NCBI GenBank assembly: GCA_012295275.1
Contig: CM022670.1
Location: 8,122,001 to 8,186,000 of the forward strand
Length of the DNA: 64,000 nucleotides
Direction of reading: 5' to 3'
Origin: Chrysomallon squamiferum
Taxonomy: Eukaryota; Animalia; Mollusca
Shown here one piece after another: positions 24,261 to 37,193 of the stretch; position 1 is the first letter of the stretch, and every line of letters begins with the position of its first letter. The notes under the pieces were generated by a model. It was given only the letters and a program-made list of their open reading frames with translations. It made no database searches and was not told where the DNA came from. The translations under genes were made by a program, and so were the position numbers.

Positions 24261-27222
24261 AAAGAGCAGAGTGCACAGCAGTAGTTGTCAATTAAAACTG
24301 AACAAATTAACAAACACTCAATAATACATGTAACATGCTTTAATGATCATGGACAGACAGTTACAGGGAAAAGTTTTGAAAAGAATTTATGTGTGGAAAT
24401 TATTTTATATTTAACAGAGGAAGGATGAAAAATAAAGGTCAAAACATGTTGACTTTTATAATTAAAAATACAGGCATATGTATAAACATATATTCAGCAT
24501 TTACCTTTATTCAGTGCAGTTTCTTTATCAGATGGGAAAACTGATAACAAATAAACAAATGAAATGTATTAATTATTTAAATAATTTTTTTTTTGTTCAC
24601 TAATGTTATTTGTTTAATGTGGTTAGTGTGATGTTTTGTTGTTCTTCAAGCATTCACAAAACAGATGTCACACAATTGTTTGTTTCGTGTTATGTAATAC
24701 ATTGTGTGCCAGTGCTAACAAAAAATATTGATTGTTAATCAAACAGAAAACTTATGATTCAGTATATGTTGGAACAGAAATGAAAATACGTGCATACCAT
24801 TACATTTGTGAAAACCACATCAGAATAAATTGTCATTGTAATAAATAGGGATTTCTTTTAGTGCTTCTATTGATAAACTTTTAGCGTACATATAATTCAA
24901 CTGTTGCAACCCATTTTTTAAAAGATGAAGGTATACACAGTGTGCATCTAAGTAAACTCACTCTGTCTTTCTCACTGCCTCTCTCTCTCTCTCTCTCTCT
25001 CTTCTTCTTCTTTTTCTTCTTCTTCCTCGCCACAGGTGATTTAAGATTGCATCATGTGATATAAATATTCATTCAGACTAAAACAGATCATTTTAAAGTG
25101 TTCTTAATGTGACAAAATATAAACTGTATCCTGGTATGTATGCCCAATATGTTTATGCATAACTTAATGAGATTATATTTGGATTCCACCAAATTTTAAA
25201 TGTGCTAGTGGTCCAGGTTACCTTGGCCTGACCTCTCATCATTAACTGCCAGCCTGAAGCTGTCTGTATAAACAGTAATCAGTACATGCTGTACATGAAC
25301 ACACTACTTAGTAACAACAGAATCTCACTTAATTTACAAGTAGTTTTCTGTCTTAGAGATTTTTCTTACTTCATTTTATTTAAACTTTGGAATAAATTGT
25401 TGTTTTTAAATTTGTTAAATACACAGATAAAAACACCTACATATAAACACTTTCACACATGCACACACCATACACAAACACATAAATAAATAAATAAATA
25501 AACACTTATACAGTCTTTCTAAAAACACAAATGATTGAATTGAGAGGAAAAAACCATTTCCAACAACAACATGAAAAAAAAAAAAAAAATCCCATTAATA
25601 AATAAAAGAAATTTTAGTTTTAAAATAGCATGAAGTGATATATTTTGACTTGGATTCCCTCAGGGTAGCAAAAGTTAGTAAGAAATTAGAGCTAAGAAAA
25701 AATACTGTGAAGAAATATTGTTTTCTTTTACGATGAATGTATATCTTAGAAAAAAGTTTTTAAATAATGCTTACAGAAGAAAGGAATTTTATATCTATGT
25801 ATGAATGTAACTTAGAAGAAATTATTAATAATGATGGCAATAATGAAGAAGAAAGGTGGTTGGCTTGGTCCTAATTTTGTTAGCAGCTTATATAGGTTTG
25901 CTTATTTTGGTTCAGAGTGTTTGTTTGTGTACATCTGCTGTTGAAGTCAGTCATGGTTTACCATGGAGTGGAAGCTTAGAGATTATTGTATTGATCCCTG
26001 TAAGGATGTGAAATTACTTTCTGTCATTTTCTACAATATCCAGACTGATGTACATCGTCAAACACCAGTGTGTGCTCCTACTGAGATGAAAATAAAAAAA
26101 ATTAATTGACTTTTGCTCATGTACAAGTTTTTAATCTGTGTGTGTGTGTGTGTGTGTGTGTGATGTGTGTGTGATATGTGTATATTTGTATTTTATTTTA
26201 TTTTATTAAATTAATTTTTTTCCCTACATTATTAATCAGAATATAATTCATGCCTCCCAACCAAAAAAAAAAAAGAAACATCCATGAATTTTCTGTTAAT
26301 AATACATCTTTAAAATGTTTTTTTTTAATAATTTAAAACATCTGTTTTGCTGTATATTATTATTTATTTTTTTTTTTTTTTTTTTTTTAAATATCAGAAA
26401 TGGCTAACATTTAATTAAATATGCTGTTTTGAATCTGTTGGATTAGTTTTTGTTAATTCAAACAAATAGTTACACAAGGGCAATTTTTTGTTTTCGAAAT
26501 GTCAGGCTTCTTACTTCATTATTTATAAATGGATTTTTCATTTGTAAAATTTATTTGCCTTATGTTATATTCAGTTAGAAATAAAGCTAAGTGACAGTAA
26601 AAAGCATTCTGTATGTTGTTGTTGCTGAAACATAAAAATATCTAATGCTTCAGTGACTTTCACTTAAAATTACATAACATACTTTCAACACTGTAAGTTC
26701 TTTCTCTGATTTTTTTCTGATTTTAATCAGTAAACAAACTGACATTCTGAAAACAAAAAATTCCCTTTATGAAACTATTAATTTTATTTATTTATATATT
26801 TTTTTAAATTTATTATTTTTAAATAAAGTGTTTCCAGCCAGTTCCAGAGATTTTCACTGATTATAATATTCAGTGTTTTATTTATTTATATGTGTTTAGT
26901 TTTTAGTATTAGAGGTCATGAAAAAATCACCCAATCTGCAAATTTCCATAAGTAATTTTCAAGCATCAGAGCTAATGACTAAAACAAAATGGAATACTTC
27001 AGAATTTTCAGTATTTGTTATTAAAAAAGGTGAAAAAAAAAGAAAAAAAGTACAGCCAGTTTGGCAAACATTTATCCGTAAGTAATTATCACAAACCAGA
27101 ACCTAAGACTAAAAAAGATAAAACAAAACAATCTGCATGATTTCCATTAGTAACACACACTGTAGCTTATTAAAACTGAGATAAATACCTATTTATTAAT
27201 ATTACATGTTTTGTTTTTCCAG

Positions 27223-27333
27223 TGTCGTGAGTTTATCAAGGCTGGAGCACTGCGAGGTCTGGCTCCGTCAGACGTAGTCAACAACTGTGACATCACCTTC
27301 ACCTGTGTTGCTGACTCCACTGCAGTCAGAGAT
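27223..27333 (+). CDS. GLYR1: GLYR1/NPAC exon (CREFIKAGA...CDITFTCVADSTAVRD)
   Basis: Directly continues the domain after WNRTGTK; ttttccag acceptor, GAT|gtaggt donor; 111 nt phase 0-0. Confidence 0.95.
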
Positions 27334-28721
27334 GTAGGTTTTTTTATTTTTTTATTCTTTTTATATCATGTTACATGCATATTTAAACATAAATTGATTT
27401 ATGTACACAAAGCACAATAAATACATTTGAATAAATCATAAAAATTAAAAAATTAAAAACTAATTAATGAATATTCTAATTTTTACAGAAAATGGCTTTA
27501 TACATTTTTGTTTATTTTTATTACCACTGCTACTATTGTTTATATAGTCTGATAATTAAAAACTATTATCTTCAAAAATTATTTTAAATTTAATATTCAT
27601 CCCATCTGGATTACAACAAAGTTGATATTTTTGTTGTTGCTTCAGGATTTTTTTTAATTTTAATTTTTTTTTTTAAAGACTTTTACTTTACAATGCACAA
27701 TAGGTAAAAGATAGGGGAATATTATCTTTATTACCTTTTGAAATATACTTTATGTTCAGGAAGGTTGCAGGTAAAACAGCCATTTTGGAAATCACTTAGT
27801 TAATTATAAAGAAAAACACACAATTTTTTTTTTTTTTTTTAAATAACTAAATATAACAGCTCCAAGTAATTAGTGAATCTGCAATGATTATTACGGCTTC
27901 AAGAGAAAGAAAAAACACAGCCACTCAGTTTACAGGCTTGTGAAACATTTTGTTATTACATTTTAAGACTACCAAATGTTGAATTTAAAAAAAAAAAAAA
28001 AAAAATTAAAATTAAAATGAAATAGGCATATTGTAATATGATATATATATTTATTTATGTGTAGATAGAAAATGCTGTTGTCACAGCAGGTCAGCAGTGA
28101 GAATTTATTATTATTATTTATTTATTACCACCATAACTGCTGCTGAACCTCTATTCTCTTTTTGTTTATTATTCTTTGAAACAAAAGCTGTTGATGATAT
28201 TTATAAATACTGAAAGAAAATGAATAAATAAGAACAAAAACACCCACAGGCATTTTTCTTCAGTTTACTTTCAAACAACACCAACACCACTGCTAACATC
28301 AAATTAGATACTTTGAAAACTATTAGAAAAAATAAAAATAAATAGGTAAATAAAATTAAAAAAAAGGTTTGGTTTCTTGTTGTAGTATATGAAATTAGAT
28401 TGTTAGTTTTACACTGAAAACCTGTTATTATTGATTTTGCTTGTGAAACAAAAAACCACCCCAAAAAAACAAATTACAGTATTTACTGCTGATAAAACTG
28501 ATTAATTAGCCTAGGTAACTGTAGAATGCAGACAGAATTACATACACACACTGCTAGGTAATGAGTTATTCAAAACAAATAATAATTAAGTAAATAATGA
28601 GCAGGAATTGTTCTGTACAAATCCCATTTAGGCGTAGAGTTTTACCTACATCTACATAAATCTGAGCAGTGTTGTATCAAATTATTTTCTACACATAATG
28701 TTTAATAATTGTTTCCAAACT

Positions 28722-28886
<165 letters not shown>

Positions 28887-30357
28887 GTTACTGCCACTTT
28901 GATTGTCAGTGCACTTTGAGTAAAAGATAATAAGCTACTGCAAATAATTATTTTATTGTCCTTATAGAAATTACTATTACAAAAAGGAGCCACCGATATC
29001 TAACAATATATATTTATAGATAAACATTCAGAAACAAAACATATAATTTGTTTATACAAAACTACAAAAACCCAACCCAACAACACAGACGCACTCACAA
29101 AACAAACACAGACATGTACACCATAAATATACAAACAACACACACATACTCCCTTTCTCTCAGTTACATTCTACTGTTATTGATTGCTGCGTATGTCAGT
29201 TTGCTAGTTACTCAGAATGAAAAATAAAAGTAATTAAGAACTACCATTCCATTAGTTCTTGGACATACTCATCAGGGTGAACAAATGGAAAGCTAACTAG
29301 GAAGGTTTCAAAGGAAATGATATTTCCAGAGTCCTGGGCAACTGTGTTGATAATAAAACTGAACAGTAATGAAACATGATGTGCATGTCATCAGTTGCAA
29401 CTACATCAAATAATGGCAACATTTAACAGTTTCAATGAGTACTGGGTAGAATGATCCACCTTCCTTAATGTACTCATAGATTTATTTGTCATTCCAACTG
29501 TGCATCAGAAACAGTGAAAGTTACCCTTCTTGTACTAACACCAGTGATAATGCATTATTAAATCCATAAAACTGACATCAATATTGCTTGATATGTGTTT
29601 TTGTCTCTGTCTATATATTTGTGTTTTGACTCTATGTACGTGTGTGTTTGTCTATGTTTATTTGTATATGTCTAAGTGTATGTGTCTGTGTGGATGTGTA
29701 TGTATCTGTGTAAGATAGTACTTGTGAATAAAAGAGAAAAAAGGGACATATATAAGTATATGTACACACAAAACTACATATAACAAAACAATGTACTTAC
29801 ATTCTAATTTTTGACACTGTAGTTTTCTGTTGGACAAAAACACTTTTTACTACTTACTCAGAATAAAAATTAAACAATTTATCTATCACCTCCAGAAGTA
29901 AAAAACTGAATATTTTCACCAGTAACCGAAACCTTTTTTTTGCACAAAATCTGCTTTTCATTCAGTCTTGCATCATTTTAACACACTTGTTGACCTTAGT
30001 CAATTGTAATGCCAATAAGATTGCCAGTGTAGTTTTTGTTCTGTGTACATCTCGCCCATCCTCTTACAAAATGTCACTAGCACTTCCTGGTAGAATTAGG
30101 AAACTACCTGGTAACATTTTGTTTTGTCATCTAGTAATTAGACCTTAGATTTCAGATTAGGATGTTAAATTTATGTAATACTTAAAATGACAGCTTAAAA
30201 ACAGAAGCTGTGTGTGTGGGTGGGTGTTATTTCTTTTATAATTTTTTGTTTACGCTTTTATAAATTGTATATTTTAATGTGTGATGTAGTCAGAATGATG
30301 AATAAATTTTATTAAACTTATTAATTTTCTCATAATTGACAATTCCTTTGTTCTCAG

Positions 30358-30459
30358 CTTGTGTTTGGCAATTCTGGAGTTCTGCAGGGTATTTCACGAG
30401 GAAAATGTTACGTCGAGATGTCCACTGTTGATGAAGAAACAATGGAAGATGTGGCAGAG
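30358..30459 (+). CDS. GLYR1: GLYR1/NPAC exon ([34 protein letters not shown])
   Basis: Family motif GK.YV.MSTV; ttctcag acceptor, GAG|gtttat donor; 102 nt; read manually, absent from the ORF track. Confidence 0.95.
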
Positions 30460-30473
30460 GTTTATTATTACTT

Positions 30474-30507
<34 letters not shown>

Positions 30508-30802
30508 TTGAATCTGTATTTTGATCAGTAAGAGTATATTGATCTATGGCCACTTGGATAATACTGGATACAAATTTTTTTATTTTTTTCTTCTAAAACC
30601 TTTTTTTTTAAAATTACTATTATAATTATCATTATACTATAAATGTTTACTTCTTTACAAATTTTGTTTCACCTTTGAAGAACTGTTAACAGAATTGTCT
30701 GCAGATGTAAATCATCAGCTGATTATTTATAACTGTGATGCTAAACGTTGTAAACATTAATTAAAAGATGAAGAGTCACTGTTTACTCATGTACTATCAC
30801 AG

Positions 30803-30968
30803 GCAGTCATGGCGCGGGGTGGTGTGTTCCTCGAGGCCCCTGTATGTGGAAGTCGAGTTCCTGCCTTGGAAGGTCAGCTTGTTATCCTCACTTCTGGCGA
30901 TCGCAAACTGTACGACGACTGCTACTCCTGTTTTGAGGCCATGGGAAAGAAATCCTTTTATCTTGGAA
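30803..30968 (+). CDS. GLYR1: GLYR1/NPAC exon (AVMARGGVFLEAPVCGS...KSFYLG)
   Basis: FLEAPV.GS substrate-binding motif; cacag acceptor, A|gtatgt donor; 166 nt phase 0-1. Confidence 0.95.
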
Positions 30969-32962
30969 GTATGTTTACAGTTATCAGTAAATGAATTTTA
31001 TTTTTAGCTTTAATTGGATACTATCATTCAGAGTTGTTTAAATAGTGAAGTTGCAGGAATAAAACAAATAAAGACGTTTGCTGAAGATAGATATTATTTT
31101 CTGGTATAGAACATTTTTGAATGTGTATAACACTTGCTTGTTATCAGAGTTTTCTAGCACTGAGCCGTAGCCCGTTCCAAAATAAATAGGTAACTTTAGC
31201 AAATACGAAATGAAAAAAATACTCCATCATATATATACAAAGTTTAGATAATTTTTTACTGGTTTGTTTTTGTTGTTTTTTTGTTTTGTTTTTGTTTTTG
31301 TTTTTTTTAATTTATTGCTATAGCCTATATTTCGAATGTTTTATAGTTGATTTGAAAATACCATAAACATTCCTGTTGGAGCATATCTTTCATTTGTTAC
31401 TGAATGAAAGGCAAATTAAAAAATATTTATGCTTAAAATAGTGCTTTGAAAGGACATCTGTTATCATAAATGTATGCAGTAATGAAAAAAACATCTGTTA
31501 CAGTCATGAATGAGTAAAACATAAAAACCTAAAATAAAAAACTTAGCTGTTTGTCTATTAGGAATAGCCACAACCAGGTTCTTACATAACATAACCTACA
31601 TCAGCTAGTAATTATCTCATATTTCACTTCTCTACTTGGAGTTAAGTGATTGGCTTACATAACCTACAGGGCAAATTAGGGAGTCTAAGTGTCAGTGTAT
31701 TGAGTGACACTGCAAAACACTAACAGGGATCTTAAACAGCTTTTGTAGCTACTTGAGTGTTTAAATCTAACAGCTTGCCTAGACTGTCAAACACCCCAGC
31801 CCTGACCTCAGTTAAAATAAAATGCCAAAAGGTGCTGCATATTTTATGTAATTCATTTTGTTAAGTATCGATAATTTAATACTGCGTATAATTTAGGTGG
31901 TGCTTAAGTTAAATAAAATTTGTTTTGATAATTACTGATAAACAAATACGCAGATAATTTTTTTTATCTAGCTAATCTAATGCGCATTTCAAACACTAAC
32001 ATAATCATATACATCAGCAACCTTTACACTGGCCCATTTTTCTAAGGCTATTTAGTATTTTTAGTAACACTGTTGATGCATATTACATCTCCTCTGTTGA
32101 TAAACATTATTCATAAGGACTGTACCATTAAAGACTGGATAGGGGTGACAGGCATCAATGTCATAATTGTAAAATCTACGTGTCTCTTTTAAAACAAAAA
32201 AAATGGAGAGAATGAGAGGGACATTTTATTTAAATGTTATTGTTAATTAATGTATGTTTATTGCCATGTACTTATCTATAATGAATAATTAAGAGTATTA
32301 AATGTCAGCAGAAATATTTTCATCTCTTAAATACTCGTTTAAAGTAATTGTCATTTGTAATAACTAGTGGAAAATATTTGAACTTGCAAGTTTAATTTTA
32401 ATTTTTATTATTATGATTATTATTATTATTATTTACAAATTTAACAGAAATGTGGAAACCAAAACTAAGTTTTTTATGATTGTTTGATTATTAAGTGAAT
32501 TTTCAATTTTATTTTTCATATTCTTTTTTCTCTCTTTTTAACCTTTGTTTAAATATTTGTTGATAATAAATAATCAGTATTTACAAAAATAAATCAGTAT
32601 TTTTATATGTATAGTTTGGAAATTTTACAGTTTAAAAAAATAATGATACAATGCAAATTTTGTATTTGTTTGTTGTAAACTTAGTCTTACAGAGTTGTTT
32701 CCCTTGATGAACTTTACTGACTATTGATTTATACTCCCTTTTATTTTTTTTTAAATTAAAATTTTCAGTTAAATTTAATTTAATTTAATTTTATTTTATT
32801 TTTAGCTTGTTGTTTTGGGGGATTCTTTTTTTTTTTTTTTTTTTTTTTGTGGGGTGATTTTTTGTTCAGAATTTCTATCTTTGATATATTCATTTACTTT
32901 ATTATTTAATAAACCCAGAGAGATTAATATTTTTTGATATTATTTGTAAATTGTTTTTGTAG

Positions 32963-33142
32963 ATGAAGTTGGTACTGCTACACGTATGAAGCTCATACAC
33001 AACATGATACTTGGCTCTGTGGTTGCGAGTTTGGGAGAAGGAATGGCTCTCGCAGAAAAAGTGGGAATTGATCAAGAAGATTTGGCAGAGGTTCTGTCCC
33101 TTGGTTCACTCTCATGTCCTACGATTAATCACAAAAGTCAAG
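32963..33142 (+). CDS. GLYR1: GLYR1/NPAC exon with the catalytic helix (EVGTATRMKLIHNMILGS...)
   Basis: ttttgtag acceptor, G|gtttgt donor; 180 nt phase 1-1; K-L-x-x-N catalytic motif. Confidence 0.95.
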
Positions 33143-33323
33143 GTTTGTGTTTCTTTTACCAAAAATTTGAAATCTTAATAACATTATTTTAATGGGGTTT
33201 TTATTGAATAACACGAGTTAGTATTTTATAGCCATGTTTTAAATTGTCTAAGTGTTAAATTTATATTTTAAGTGTTATTTTATTTTCTAATTCTAAAGTA
33301 ACTATGTTTTGATATAAATACAG

Positions 33324-33358
<35 letters not shown>

Positions 33359-33392
33359 TCTCTCTCTCTCTCTCTCTCTCACTCTCTCTCTC
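33324..33392. repeat. (CT)n microsatellite
   Basis: Directly visible. Confidence 0.9.
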
Positions 33393-34177
33393 TGTCAGTA
33401 TATGTGTATTTATATATAAAGCTTCAATTTTATGTCAGTTAATTATAAAATAGGATTAATTTAGATGTAAGAAATAAAAAATGAATTAAATAAAATAATT
33501 ATATAGAAAAAGAAAATGTTTTTAAAAAAAAAATTATTGTTGTTTTTAAATGTGGAATTTGTTTTTGTTTTTTCAGCAATTGTAAATGGTAAATATACTT
33601 TAATTTTTCTCTTGGTGCTTGAATTGTTTATTTCCTCATATGTTTTGTTCATTGTTGTATCTCTTTATAAGTAAAAATATTGTTACAAAAATTATTACTG
33701 TATGAATAAATTGTTTTTTTGTTTTTTGTTATCAATATTCATCAGTAAACTCATAAATTTAAGAATTAAAATCAAGCAAACTATTTGACATATCAGATTT
33801 TTGCAGTTAATATATGGCTTGTTTTCTGATTCAAATTATAATTGATAAATGATAAAAAAATGTTTATTAAAGTTAATATTATTCTATGAATTTTCATTAA
33901 TAATATGGAAAATTTAATTTTTGTTTGATGATCTTAAAGTCAGATAATCTTAATACTAATCTAAATAAAAATATTCACCCAACAGATACGGATTCTTTCG
34001 GTACCCAACCCAGACATTGCAAATCCTGTGAGTGGTATAAGTGCTTTCTTATCAGTTACAGATGTTAATATTAGTCTACAGTGTATGAGAGCAGAATTTT
34101 AAAAATGAAATCTTGTCTTTGTTTTGTGCAAAAATATTAACAAAATAAACTGTTATATGTTAATTTTCGTTTTTTAG

Positions 34178-34302
34178 CTGCTCCAAACAACAAGTTTGAT
34201 CCTCATTTCCCATTACAACACCAGCAGAAAGACTTGCGCCTCGCCCTCACCCTGGGAGACCGGGCGGAGCACCCCCTGTATGTCGCAGCTACAGCTAACG
34301 AG
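34178..34302 (+). CDS. GLYR1: GLYR1/NPAC exon (FDPHFPLQHQQKDLRLAL...ATANE)
   Basis: F.L.H..KD.RLA motif; tttttag acceptor, GAG|gtttgt donor; 125 nt phase 1-0. Confidence 0.95.
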
Positions 34303-34830
34303 GTTTGTGATTTAGCTGTTAAAAAAAAAAAAAAAAAAAAAAAAATGTTCATCAGATTGTGATGGTTCTGAAAGAAAGAAAAGAAACTGCATTTCATAAT
34401 TTTCCATATCAAGTAAATTGTTGGTATTAAGAAAAGTTGTCAGATTATTTAATTTGTTCAGAAACAACAAACTAATATAATATTTTAAAATAATTAATTG
34501 TTTTAATTTTTTTTCCAGCTATTTATTTATTAGGGGTAGGGTGGAAATTACTGAAGTAATTAAAAGACCAAAGGATATATATTTTTTTTAACTTAGATAT
34601 AACTCTTGTTGTAATTTACTAGTTGACTTCATAACGTTTCATACCAAAATGAAAACAATATTATGTTTTTATTACATTTAAAAAAAAAATATATATATAT
34701 ATATATATAAAAATAATAATAAAATAACTGTTAATGAATTATATTAACTGTAATAGTTAAAAAGAAATGTATTTCTTTGTTAGACTGGGTTTTTTTTCTT
34801 ATTTGTTTAATAATTTTCTCTGGTTTGCAG

Positions 34831-34905
34831 ATGTTCAAACGAGCCAGGAGATTGGGATATGGGGACAGTGACATTGCTGCAGTCGTTAAAGCTTGCTCCG
34901 TATGA
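34831..34905 (+). CDS. GLYR1: GLYR1/NPAC terminal coding exon (MFKRARRLGYGDSDIAAVVKACSV*)
   Basis: tttgcag acceptor; G.GD.D..AV C-terminal family motif; TGA at 34903..34905. Confidence 0.93.
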   Translation: MFKRARRLGYGDSDIAAVVKACSV

Positions 34906-37145
34906 TGATTTTCACAAAGACATGAACTGTGACAGATGACTGACAGTATGAGTGATGCTGCAGAAAATAGAGCTTTACAGATGTTGTGGAACAAATATTT
35001 GAGACTGATTTTCAAAAAGTGCAAAAAAAAAGAAAACTGTTTTATTTTTTTTATTTTTTATTTTTCATTACTGAGAGAAAGTTTTCTTATTCAGCTGGAC
35101 AAAGATGTTTTCTGGCAGCATTTGATTCAATTTTGATTTTTATTAAAAAACAAAAACCAGAACAAAAAGCAAAATATTGAAAGAGTAATGAGAACGTTAA
35201 TGGAGAAAAGCATAGACAAATAAATACCTGGAATTTTTAAAAGAAATGTATATCAAAATATTCTCAGCAATTCTTTCTTTTTATTATTATTATTATTATT
35301 TTTTTTTTTTTAATGTATCATTTGTTCCTTCTTGACAAAAAGAGAAACCTATTTGTTGCCATGACAAGCATGTATCATTTGTTCCTGAATCTGTTTTAAA
35401 ATCAGATTTTGATTCCATTAAAACAAATATTAAAATTTGTCAAGGGGAAGTTAACACTCAGTGATAGTGTTTGGAAGATTAGCTGATATTTTTGTGTATT
35501 TAAAGTTTATCTTTAGTGGTATGAACAGATATCCAAGTACATTTTGTATTCATCTAAATGATTTTTTTGTGTTTGTCACTGGCAACCAGTCTTTGCTGAT
35601 AATAAAGTATGATAATAAAATAAGCTCATGAGCATGTGATGAAGGTAATATTTTTTTTATCTTTTTGTTTATCTTTTCTTTTTTTTTTTTTTCTTTTTTA
35701 TTTCATGATGTCATCACATACAGAGAATGGTACAAAATCTGTATAGACTGGGGATGCTGGAAATTTTTAGATTATTTACTCAGTCTATTAGGAATATTTG
35801 CATTTCTTTTACTCGCTGATCTCTCAATAAAGAGAACATTTTATCCATTCATCTTCATGAGTTAATTATTTTATATTTTTACTTTGTTATTGTAAGAAAT
35901 CAGTTGTCAGAAATAAATGATTTTTTGGAAGTATATAATTTATATTTAAACCATTTATTCCTACAGACACAGGTTTGTTTTAACTAAAGCAATTAACTTA
36001 ACCATTCAGGACAAGTGATAGAATGTTTTTTTTTTATTTTAATGATTTATATGACTTGATCATTTTGTAAAAACATCAGCAGCTTCATTGTACAAAAATA
36101 AAATCGATTTACTGAATGTGTGGATTATGAAAGTTTCGATTTTCTTTGTATTAAATAAAAATTTACCAGAAATAAAAACATTTCTATTTGGAAATTTCCT
36201 TTCATTTATTTTATTTTTTATTTGTTTTTTATTGTTTTTTATTGATATTTTATTATTATTATCATTATGTGCATTATTGCTGAAATAAATATTATTATTC
36301 GTATGTTCAAGATGGATAACACATTCGTTGTATGTTATTACTTAGATTATATTGTTTCAACATATGTTGTTACTAGTATCAAAACTAAATAATGGGGACT
36401 TTATGTTTTGTATTAATGTTATTTACCTTTAATTGGTAGATAAATATTTTTTTTCTTTCTCAAAATATCATTAGACAAAGGAGAATAATATATTCATCAT
36501 ACTCGATTATGTAATAATTATTATTTCTGCTGTTAGTACTATTACTCCTACTACAATTATTATCTATGTTTTTATTATTATTGTTATGTTATTATTATTA
36601 TTATCAACTAATCAATGGTGTTCTTAAAAAATAATTATGATCCTGTTCTACAACCAAGAGTAACTCTCCTGTTGTCAGAACAAATTTTATTTTTATTATT
36701 ATTTACCTATAATGCAAGAAGAAACAGAATAATTAAGGTTTCATTGATCCTAACCTAATGATGAATCACACCATTTGTAAAATAGATTTTAGCATGTTTT
36801 AAACTAGAAACATTACATGCATTGTATATTATTGCTATTTTCTGTATTTTAAATGACATGTTGTTTCCATAGGTCACATTTTGTCAGACGATATAAAGTA
36901 TTCTGGAAATGTATGCGATGAAAAACAAAATGAAATTAAAATAATGTAGTAAATGTGTATTGGCAACATGACTTTGAGTTGATTTTTGTTTCATTATTTT
37001 TATAATTTCTCAAATCAGTTTGTGATCTTAAAGAATATGAAAATTGAAATTAATAAAACACTTTGTCTTATTAAGCTTTCGTTAATTTAAAACTTTTAAA
37101 AAAATCTTTTATTGTTCATTTATTATTTTTATGTCCATGATGACG

Positions 37146-37193
<48 letters not shown>

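Noticed and set aside
34891-34905. GLYR1 C-terminus KACSV as a CaaX or PDZ motif
   Set aside because: The Cys is third from the end rather than fourth, and there is no Ser/Thr at position -2, so it fits neither consensus.
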